Assembly (NCBI GenBank): GCA_008632985.1
Contig: QPGO01000084.1
Span: forward strand, 248,001-312,000
Reading direction: 5' to 3'
Length of the DNA stretch: 64,000 nucleotides
Source of the DNA: Psammoneis japonica
Taxonomy: Eukaryota
In this document: in pieces, positions 39,470 to 50,166 of the stretch
Layout: each line of letters opens with the position of its first letter
Numbering within the stretch: the first letter of the stretch is position 1
The notes under the pieces: model-generated
Told to the model about the DNA's origin: nothing
The model's database searches: none
Seen by the model: only the letters and a program-made list of their open reading frames with translations
Program-made: the position numbers and the translations under genes

Positions 39470-40550
39470 TGTCTGCAGGCCTTCTTGAACTTGGAGTTCA
39501 TCCAAAGTGAGCACAACCAATGCCTTCTGCTCCGCGAAGATTGCACGGTCTGCCTGCATGTTGACGATTGTGGCATCATTGCAATGCAGAAGTCCACCAT
39601 TGATCAAGTGATGTCTCAGCCACACAAGAAAGGATTTGAGTTGACAAAAAAGGGCAGTTTCACCGAGTTCTTGGGTGTCAAGTTTGAAAGACAAGATGAT
39701 GGTGCTGTCAAGTTGTTGCAAAAAGGGTTGACAGACAAGATTTTGCTTGCCATTGGCATGATGGACTGCAAACCAAACTTGCTTCTCGCGGCATGTCAAG
39801 CACTTGGCTTTGATGTGGATGGAGATCCTGCGCAGGAGGACCGGAGCTGTCCCTCCATCATTGGAGTGCTCCTGCATCTGTCTGCCAACACCCGTCCTGA
39901 CATCTCCCTTGCCGTCAGTCAGGTTGCACATTTCAATTCCAACCCAAAGCAGTCACACACCACCGTCATCAAGACTCTGGTCTGCTGCTTGAAAAGGGTG
40001 CATGATCAGGGGATGCCGTTGTCTTCAACTGGTTGTTTGGATCTTGACTTGTGGGTTGATGCTGATTTTGCTGGCCTGTGTCACTGTGAAGTGGACTCTC
40101 ATCTGATTTCAGTCAAGTCTTGCACCAGACATCTCATCACTCTCAGCGGATGACCTTTGGTGTGGAAATTTCAGCTCCAGTTGGCCATTTCATGCTCCAC
40201 CCTTGAAGCCAAGCACCAAGCTGCCCTTCATGCTCTTTGGACTCTCCCACCTGTGAAGAACATGTGCGCCTTGAGGTCGTCTCCACCCTGGACATCTCCC
40301 AAGATCTCAGGACCTCTGTTCATGTGCGTGTGTTCAAAGACAATCAAGGTGCTTGCCACCCATGGCTGCCAACCACCACATCATGAACCACACCAAGCAT
40401 TGTCTTGTCAAGTGGCGTTGGCTCAGGTCTCATTGTGACAAGTTCAATGCAATCAAGGTGGAACCAGCTGATCAACTTGCCAATTTTCTTGCCAAGCCTT
40501 TGACTCAAGAGTTTTTCTAGAACAACCCACTGAAGGTCCAAGGGTGGCAG
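39470..40550 (+). mobile_element. Ty1/copia retrotransposon RT and RNase H remnant
   Basis: QSEHNQCL..VCLHVDD (from YVDD), EFLGVKF, CPSIIGVLLHLSANTRPDISLAVSQVAHF, LDLWVDADFAGL, STLEAKH, DNQG, ADQLANFLAKPL. Confidence 0.9.
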
Positions 40551-40663
40551 TGTGTTGTGGCTTGGTCAAGATGTGGGAGCTTTGCTCTGAACTTGTGCCA
40601 ATTGTGTGAGCTTCTCATTTGCAATTTCCTTGTTGGTTGCTGGAATCTGCAAATGAGAGGGAG

Positions 40664-41139
40664 AGTCATGGGTCATCTGTCCACTGACCCAAATTCTCTG
40701 TTGTGTTTGCACTTCTGTTGGTCAGAATTCTGCGGCCGGTGGCTTTGGGGATCACAGGCATTGCGTGGATGTTGGGCCAACCGCAGATTGGTTCAGCAGC
40801 ACTTGGAGGATGATTGCTGTGAAAGTGGTTGACCCTGAAGCTTGTGCTGGTCTCCAGCACAAGTGTGCAGATGAACCTCTGTTTGGCACATTCTCAGCAG
40901 ATTTGTTCTGTGCAGCTTGTGATTTGGTCACTGGTGGTTTTGTGAAAGACTTCTGACCAATTGTTTGTTTTGCTGCTCATCAGCAGATGCTCTCTGCTTG
41001 CATTCTGCCAGAGGCATTGGTCTGGAGCAGACATCCAGTTGATGTGTTGGGAAGGCACTTGGAGCTTCATGGACACACAAGCTTTGACTCCACACCAAAC
41101 TGCACGCCACCATTTGTTTCATCCTTTCTCACCATGACA
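40664..41139 (+). mobile_element. Putative copia 3' LTR preceded by polypurine tract
   Basis: Purine run aaatgagagggag at 40651-40663. Terminal inverted ends agtcatgg...ccatgaca. No matching 5' LTR seen in the window. Confidence 0.5.
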
Positions 41140-42549
41140 TGCTGCCCAATGCATTTTGCCCTCACTGAACCAAAGCTGCATCAAGTCCGAGTGCAAGTCT
41201 GTGTGGATGACAAATTTCCCTCAAAGGGGGTTCCTGCTGCCATGGCGGCAACAGCCACATTGGGAAATGCTGTCTGATCTGCAGATTGGAGCCAGCAGTC
41301 AGAGCCTGAACCTGGAGTGCTGTGGTCAAGCACCACAAGTCAGGGCCAACCCGAGTGGATCATGCAGAGGAAAGTGAAACCAACATGGCAGACAAGAAGC
41401 AAAAACTGACTTTTGATCCCAAGCAACCTTTGCACATTGCACTTTTTCTGCATGCATTTGGCGCTGCTTTAAACCCAACATGAGCAGCCTGTCTGCCAGC
41501 GATGCTTTAAGTTGTCACCCAGAACCAAACAACATTTCGAACAACCCCATGGCGCACACTGCTTGCAACAAAAGGGGGCTCCAATGCCACACGCCAATTC
41601 GATTGCCAGCACAAACAACACATTTGTCAGGATGTGTGGCTTGGTGTCGCCCAACTTGTCATGCCGCTCTTTCACATTTGTGGCCTCATTTTGGCCTTGC
41701 TGTTGACACTGGCCACGGGTGGATTGGCTGTTCTTCTGCCGCAAAGCCAAGTTTAGCGCGGCAAAGTTTTGGCGCCATGCATCCATGTGGGAAAGGCTGC
41801 TTGGACCACACACATGTCCACCATTTGAAGGGGGCCACTCTTGAGGCACAGCCAAGATTTTGTCCATCAGAAGGAGACCCCAACTTTTGTTTTGTTCTGA
41901 GCTGCAGTTCTGGCTTGGTGCCATTGATTCTCAAGGAAATCAAAAACAAAGTCCAAGCTCCCTGTGTTGAGGTGCATGACGTGATGGGAAGCAAGCCATC
42001 AAATGTGTTCCTGCCCAACTGATGGAGAGCACAATTCAGGCACAGTCGGCAAAGGCACGGGTGTGGAGGTTGCCGTTTCAACATGTGTGGACCAAAAATG
42101 AGCTGACACATTTTTGGTCTCGCAGTGGTGTCCGACCATCCTGCAGCATGACTTTCAGAGCCTCGCAGCTGATTTTTGCTGTTGAAGCATGCCATTTCCA
42201 ACGAGCATTCTTTGGATGCTGCATTGACAGGCCTGCCCCTCATGCAACTCCAAATGATGTCAGGCTGAAAAGGCAGTCTTTTGTGTTTGGCTTTCTGGCT
42301 GTCAAGACCGGAGTTGCAATCTCACCTCAAGTGACTCTTGTGCTGTTCCAAAGACACAATTCTTCAAGAGCTGGGTTTAAAACATGCTCCAATTGATCCT
42401 CCAAACAAAAGTGGTTTGCTCACATGGCGTGTGCTCACTTTCCTCCTGCTGACAAGAGTGTGGCTCACAATCAACCCCACCTTTGATCACACCACGGTTT
42501 GGGCATGGCTGTGGAAGAACAGGGTCAAGAAGCACAAGCTGCCGTAGAA

Positions 42550-43433
42550 CAATTTCATCATCTTCTCAAAGTTTGCCCCAGCAACAACCTTGTGTGCTCC
42601 TCTTTGAGGTGTTGCTGACTGCTGGAGAACACAAAGAGGCTGAAAAGATTGCCGAAAAGCATTCTGAGGGACGTCAAACACAAGAATGCCATTTTGCTTG
42701 CAGCTGCGTGATTGTCGATTTTCTCAAATTCAAGCTCAGCATGGGCAAAGGGAAGCAACTGAAGGAAACCCTCTGCAAGGCTCTCATGCTTGACAACATG
42801 GTGCTGCTCCTGCTGCTTGCAGATGTTGATCTTGGACCTCCACCCAAGACGGTGGCACAAGGAAGCACAGGTGAAGCCACTTTGCAAGTGCGGTCTGCCA
42901 TGAAGCATTGGGAAAGAACGGCAGAGGTTTTGGACTTGTTTTGCGCAGCTTGCAGTGTTGAGATGGATCCAAGCCCAATGATGGTGTGTCCATTCTATTT
43001 CAGCCAATGCAAAAGGGATGCACAGTCATCAGACTCCAAGAAGGAGAACACAAGGAAGTTGCAACCAACGTTGTCAACATGCCAGGAACAGGGCTTGCAG
43101 ACTTCAAGCTCCCTCCCGGCATGAAGGACCACAATTCATCCAGGATGGTTTGCTGCATGAGCAGCAATGCCATCGCCAACTCATCCTACGGCGAAGCTGC
43201 GTCTGCCGAGTTTCCATGGGGCCTACTTCTGTCCAGTGGGTGAGTTTGCTGCAGCGCTGTTCCGCTTTTGGTGACGACGAAGAGCCCCACGCATGAGCGC
43301 TACAGCATGCTTCAAGCCTGCCAACATGCGATGCTCCAAATGTAAGATTAGATGGCACTGCAGCACGGATTGTCAACGAAAGGGCTGGAAGAAGCAGCAC
43401 AGGATAATGTGCCCCGAATACCTCAAAAAGTAA
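42550..43433 (+). pseudogene. MYND zinc-finger protein remnant
   Basis: C-terminal CFKPANMRCSKCKIRWHCSTDCQRKGWKKQHRIMC (consensus YCS is read as HCS). The upstream helical region is frameshifted. Confidence 0.7.
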
Positions 43434-45700
43434 GAAGAAGGACGTGTTTTGAATTGCGCCTCTGTTGGGTCTTTCTGCCTATGCTCGTTTAAGACACAGG
43501 GGTTCTTTTAGAAAACACCCACTGTAGGAATATAAGTGATGGTACTACGGTCAACTAGCGGAACCCCTTCCTTCAGCGTGCAGGTGGGCAACCATCAGCT
43601 ACTTCCAGGAGAACTCACAGCGCCGTCACCCAAGTCTTCCAGTCCCAATTGGTGAATGGAATCTTCGCTTCACCAGTCGCCACGACTCCAGCCAGCGTGC
43701 ACCATCTGCGTATGTTATTGTTGGATTCAAAAGTGGTCCCAATGGCGCCCCCCTTTGAATTCGGCATTTTTTATCCGCATCAGAGAAGCTTCCAGAGCAG
43801 TCAGTGTAAAGCACGCCGGACAAAGGTTGTTACAATCAAAGAATATGCATGGCATATTCAATGTCGTTGGGTTCTTTCATACCTTGTTGAATCACCGGGA
43901 TGCCTGAAAAAGGTGATCCGTGAGAACTAAAACGAGCTCGACTCCAGCATTTTTCCACAATCGACTCCTTCATCTGGCTGATTCAACTCCACGTTATCTT
44001 CGTACAAGCTCTACAATACGAGCAGGTCGGGGATTTCTTCGGACATTTGGTTGTACGTCGCTTTAATGTCCCGCATAGAGGAGCAACCCATGCATCGCCA
44101 CCATCCGATAATCGCACTTGAAATTTGCTATTGTCAAGCTTGAACCGTCCAGGTAGAACGGTTCCAATTGATGCACGTCGCTCCTTCCCACCAAATCGCT
44201 TATGGTGAATGCTGACGAAGCCTTCGTCTACCCACCCACCTACCAAACGAGTTACCATGATCATTCAGCCAATGCAATGAGGTCGGTCCGCTGGGAGCAA
44301 TGGTCGAGGTATTGGAAGCGAGCGTATTCAACAGTAACGTGAGTTTGTGAATTTTCGTTATACTTGGTCCAATTGAAAGACACATTGCGTCGCATATATT
44401 CATATGGCGAGTCACATTGAAAGCCTCGATGCATGATTCTATCCACGATCTGAATGTCGGGGGCCACGACTGCTGGGAATACATAGAATCTATGTTGTGC
44501 AGCTTGATATATCTCAACAGTCGCTATTTTCGTCCCAGCTTTTTCCACTGTATTGTAATCTTCATAGTTCATCTGCTCATCATAACGGAGACAAAGGATT
44601 CAATGTAGCATAAGCTGATCCATCCCAACAAGCGAGTTGGGTCAGGGTTGTTCGTTGACCAAGCCAATCTCGTCATCCACGAGCAAAAATGCAATAATGG
44701 AGAAAAGATAAAAGTAGAATGGCCCAAGACATACAAGAGTTTGTGTCGCGCAAGCGAGGCAGCCCTATTGGTATCAGAGTTCCCACCACCGCCACTCTAT
44801 TATCGTAATGCTTCGTGTACTCCTATCATGTACATACCTATAGCCAAACCTTGGCACGATAATACCAAACACCTAGCTTCAATGAATACATTGATATCTA
44901 TTTTATGAACCGTTGTTGGTCACCGGGCTCTACCCATAGGCACATGGAACCAATTGACACGGTAGCGTTTCCTCAAGCACCTACTGTCGTGTCTACGCGC
45001 GAACAAGCAAGAGACGAAGAGTTAGCGTTCATGGTCAACAATCGAAATCATTGCAATTTTAAAACACAACCAGCGAAAGAAACAATACTTCAAAGATTCT
45101 TACCATACAGAAGCATCTTCTTCCGAAACATCCGAGCTTGATCGAGCCCGCGCCTCCTACAGAGCATCGTCCAATCGAGGTGGCACCATTGTCGCGCCCG
45201 GTCCCAAGTCACAGTTCTTTCTCGACCTGCTTTTGCAAGTGCATCCTGAAAAGTGGGAGAACGCAAGAGAGCCCCGTCGGACGCTCATGACGGCAGGGCC
45301 AGGACTTTTAACAAAATTCGCCAAGAAACGAGAAGATGTGGTTTCAGCTTCAAGACTGGACGACAGCCACTCACATGTCCACACCTCGTTTGGAACGTGG
45401 AAGCCACAACAGACTCTGCTTCACGAGAAGTGCGGAATCTCATGTTTGATTGTTTTCCTTGGATGCCGCACTGTTCAGCTACCGTATGCTAGAGTATGAT
45501 GGTACATTCTACGCAGCTTTGGGTCCCAACCCTTAAGTAAATCCAATTGGGCGTGGCAGGCGCGCTCCTGATGAGCGTACAGACCATCACCGCGGTGCCA
45601 TCGATCGCGAGGAATTTGATCAAATCTCGCAGCGACGATGGTGAATGTTGCGACGATACGAAAGTTATCTAAACCTTCGTTTCTGCGAGAACGTATTTGG

Positions 45701-46284
45701 TACCAGTAAAAAACCGAATTGAGTCCTTATGACTGAACTGAGTCCTTATCCGACCCATATGTTGAATCGATCGATAAAATGATGAAAAAACCAAGTAATC
45801 AAACTGTTTTAGTTGCTGTGATAATCTTCAATTGCTGCTGCTTCTGACCATGTGTTTGGATTTGGGTGTTTCAGTTTTCTCCGGCTGCCCGTTGCCGTCG
45901 AACATGGTCGTTTGTATTTTTTGAAGCGGAAACGAGATTCAACAATTCTCATGTAATTTTTTTATCAAGACACGTACATCATATATCCTCACTGCTCCGT
46001 GCTGCTTGCTGATTTGGAGATATGTTGAATTTCTCTGGTACTTGACACGTAGAAATGTACAGGGGGGCCGAATTGAGTCATTGCGCGAAAAAGGTGCAAC
46101 TTTTGCCGCTAGATTAAGCTAATCCCAAGCCCATTTCACAACCGACTGTCATCAAAGAACTCGTTAAGAGATGATGAAAAGCTAGGAAATGCGAAGAAAT
46201 GGTCAGTTTTAGGCCAATGATGGGCAAAAAATGGCCATTCAACACATGGCAAAAATGAGGACTCAACTCGGTTTTTCACCAGTG
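45701..46284. mobile_element. CACTA-like non-autonomous element (~30-bp TIRs)
   Basis: Left end taccagtaaaaaaccgaattgagtccttat versus right-end reverse complement cactggtgaaaaaccgagttgagtcctcat. Internal subterminal copies of gaattgagtc/gagtccttat. TSD is imperfect (tgg/tgt). Confidence 0.6.
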
Positions 46285-46499
46285 TGTTGTCAACCAGCCT
46301 CTGTTTGATGGGAATCCAAATGCATTCTCCACGATTTTGATTGTGTGGCGAGTCATTGCCGATTCAGTCGTCCGTGGCGCCATGTCACGAGCCGATTCTA
46401 CATCCACCACCCATGCGCCGGATTTTCGGCACCAGCTGAGTCAAAGCCGGCGGCCACAAAAAGGCTGAAAAACACAAATCGAAAATGGTGGTTGCACCG

Positions 46500-49400
46500 T
46501 GGTCAGTGCAACAACATGGGTCAAAAGAAAACTTCGTGAACGCAGATGGAGAAAGACCATCAAAGCCAGACCCAGGCATCTCCAATTTGGGGAGAGCCCA
46601 CTTCTGATGAGGACTCAGCACTCGACATGTGAGCATGTTCGTGGTCGCAGTCGGTGGATCAACGACCCCGCCACAAAAGCTTGACAAGAGGCTGGTTGGC
46701 TTGCTTGGGCACAAGGGGAGTCCACCATGGAAGCCACTCAATTTCAGGAAAAAGATCTGCCGACAACAGCAGAAGGTTTCTCAGATTTTTTTGACCATCC
46801 TGAAGACATGGAGCGTGTTGCAGACAAGCTTCAGACAATTTTGAGGAACAGCAACTTGCTGTTTGAGCCAGACTCAAGTGCCGCGGATCTTGACTCTGAC
46901 AGCGATGATGCAGGTGCCAGCGAAGGCAACAATTTTGTCTCTCCACCACCATCCAAGCGCCCCAGAACTGACGAGGACTCCATTGTGGGTCAAGACGACG
47001 ATGACGAATGCGACAAAGATGGCGGCATCAACCGTGTTGAAGATCCTTGGCTCATGGCACAATTGCGGCAATTGGCAAAGGTTGATTTGAGAGCTTTCTC
47101 TGAACTGGAATTTGTTTTGCTTTCAGCGGACCAGAGCAACAGTGTTGGAGACACTGCGGCGATCGTGGAGGCATGCAAGACTCGGGGATTTGAACCATCG
47201 TCCGACACCATCCAGTCTCTCGAGACGATGTCTGTTTTCAAGCTTCGGGCCTCCAGACGGATCATTGAGACTGTTCGTGGTGAATTTGTGGCAACCCAGC
47301 AACACTTCGAACCTTCTGACAATGAACCACTGATTGACTGGCTTGACCAAGTCAAGCAATTTGCAGAAGGCAAGCGATGCGGAGACTGCCACCAACGCAG
47401 CGACTGCGAGCGATGCAGAGAGTCGAGTGAGAGTTTCCTCGAAAGAAACTTCAATCGACTTCAGAATGGCGTGTGCAGCATTGAGGACAGAGCAGCACAA
47501 GTCGTCCGACACGTTCGCCATTGCCGCAACATTTGCTTGTCAAGAATGGGTGGGTTGCTGAATGCACTCGCCCCATTGTTCCTTGGGAGAGCTCTCAAGG
47601 AAGAAGAGTTTGCGCTGGAGTTGACAACTCAAAATCGTGTGCAGCATCTCGACCTGATTGACACTTTCCACCTGAGGTGCAATTTCCAAAAGCACTCTGT
47701 GGTTCAAGATGAATGCGGCAACAACATCATGATTTGCAGTTGCGACGATGACTCCACATTTCATGGTGGCAAGCGTCATGTGCTGCTCGTGACGGCGAAC
47801 TCAGAGGACAAGACACCAAAATTCCATCTTGCAACGACATCGGCTTCCGTGTCAGCGGATGGTGACGGCAACTCTGATCTCAATGTCAAAGCATTGACAG
47901 ATCTTTTTGGAAAAGAGAATGCCCCTCAGTTCTTCCAACACTTTGGCGGAGGATGCTCTGATGATGCTCCTGATGCCTTGGAAACAATGCGAAAAAGTTT
48001 TGAAAAGGCCACGCACCTCATCCCGGAAGAGGCGCGCCTGTTGAATGATGTTGCCAGATGGGCCATTGTTTGGGGCGACCCCTTTCACATTGCAAACTTG
48101 GTGGTCATGTGGGCGTCTCTCGCTGATTTGGAGAAACCGACCGCACCAGCCATCAAGAAGTCCATCACCGACAACTGATGCAGTCATTTTTTGATGCTTT
48201 GAAGGGGAACAGAGGCCTTGCATGTTCTGTTGCAATGGAAATCTGCAAGGAGCATGACTTGCCGACAGTCGTTCCCAAAGCGGCAAGAGAGCGCCAACAA
48301 CGATGGTGTGTCAACCAACGTCAATGCAAACACTTGTTGGAATTGCATGACATGCAGTGTGGCGACACAAGTTTCTTTCTCCTTTTTTGCCAAGAAGTGG
48401 CAAAACATTTGGGAGGATGCCAAAGCAACGCAATGGAACACTGCGGCACGTTGATGAGCATGCCCAAAATTCGACTTGCTCTTCAATTTGAAGCAGAGCT
48501 TGGGTGTTTCTTTGAGCCTGTCATGGCGTGGCACTCCCACACCGGTTTGATCGCGAACATTCCTGGCTTTCGTGTGCTAGAAGTCCGCGCCTTCTTTGTC
48601 AACTTCGAGCTGCCATTTTGGAAAAAGCACGAGTCAAGCCAGCCAAAGCATTCCCCAAGACGTTTGCTGGGCTGTCAGAAATTGAAGATGAGGCGGTGAG
48701 AGATGTGAAACGAGATCAGATCGTCTCTGGTGGAATTGAAGCTGGGTTCAAAGAACTGCTCAAGATGACGAGGCACTGTTTCAGCCCATCCAACATGTCT
48801 TTGGTCCTTGTTGCTGAGCACACACAATGTTTTGCTCGCGCGTTGCTCCGGTTCCTCCATGAAGATTCCGACAACTTGCGATTTGCTGTGGAGGATGCGG
48901 GCATGTCACAATTCAATGAGCCAGCAGGGCTTGAAGATGAGCTCACCAAGTTGCCAGAGGTCGACATTGACAGCGTTGTTCATTGTCTTCAGCAACTCGG
49001 ATTGTCAAAGCATCGTGCTTTTTCCAAAATCAAGAAGCTCTCATTGGATGAAGAAAATGCCAGCCACCTTTTTGATTTTAAGGAGGCACACCCAGCTGTG
49101 TTCACGACATTGCATTCTGCACTTCATTGTTCATTGTCTTCAGCAACTCGGATTGTCAAAGCATCGCGCTTTTTCCGAAAGCAAGAAGCTCTCATTGGAT
49201 GAAGAAAATGCCGGCCACCTTTTTGATTTTGAGGAGGCATGTCCAGCTGCACTCATGACATTGCATTCCGCATTTGGGCTCTTGCCATCAGCAATTCGCC
49301 TGGCGGAGCAAACGATGGCGATGCTCCGAGGGCATCTTGGACTCAAGACTGCAACTTCATCGCACACGAGTGCAGACCAACGCAAGCGGCATTCAATGAA

Positions 49401-50166
49401 TGTTGAGCATGACAACCAAGTGGCAAGGCAGAAGAATGTTGAGAACCGACATGACAAACGCCCGACTGGTGGTTTCAAGCATGAGAAAAGCAAGTCGGAG
49501 CAGCGAATGGTTGGGGAGCAAATGATGGAGTCAATGGGCAGATGCAAGGACGAAGTGTTGGCTGAAGAGCTGACCAAAGCTGAATTTGACAGCATCAAAA
49601 CAAGACACTTGAATGACAAGGGTGTCATGGGGAAAGACAAAACACGGATTGAAGCCCAAAATGCAAGGGCTCTAGAGAAGGTGGCCCAAAAAAAAAAGCC
49701 TGGCAAGATGGCGATCGATTTTGAGATTGAAGGCTCGGAAGAAACTGTGGACAACGACGACAATTGGGCTGCATTCGAGCAAGCCGAGCTCAACAAACGT
49801 CGCAAGGAGCTTGCCACCCAAGCCTTTTGGGCAAGCCAGTCACTGCAAGACATTCTCATGGTGTGCCAAGAAGTCTTTCCAGGGATGCAAAAGCTCCAGC
49901 CAGGTGGCAGGGGGAAGCTCGCCAAGACGGGCATGAAAGCTCTGACAAAAGATTGGCTGTCTGCTGAAGGAGCTGCTGCAAAAACAAACACAGCTGCTGC
50001 AGCTGGACTTGAGTGTGAAAAGTCTGAGTCCAGCGCAGCGAAGCGGAAAGAGGCAATGCAGGGTTTGTTTGATGTGGCTGGGTCGGAAATTGGCCAGCAC
50101 TGCTTTGAAGCTTGCAGCAATGCACGACACACTGTGCTGTGTTTGCTTGGCAGGAATCATGTGTGA
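46500..50166 (+). mobile_element. Degraded DDE transposase, hAT-like, inside TpA-depleted domain D5 (46200-50380)
   Basis: Motif order DDST ... GGCSDDA ... WGDPFHIANLVV (C/DxxH..NL) ... RQQRW ... FGLLPSAIRLAEQ (P.S...E) fits hAT. Frameshifts, including a 151-bp tandem duplication at 48976-49272. No Tyr in the 483-aa ORF 46727-48178. Confidence 0.6.

Larger units (their letters stand above)
36665..43300. other. TpA-depleted domain D4
   Basis: TA is rare from just right of the foldback TIR to the MYND finger. It contains the MSH5, RLE, copia and MYND remnants, all showing Tyr->Cys/His. Confidence 0.8.

Noticed and set aside
38723..40153. 476-aa ORF as a single gene
   Set aside because: Chance fusion of the antisense of a probable non-LTR fragment with a copia RT remnant, made possible by missing stop codons.
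43500..45700. Possible degraded minus-strand gene or transposase (e.g. KFLAIDGTAV, Cys clusters)
   Set aside because: Too fragmented to assign a family by eye.
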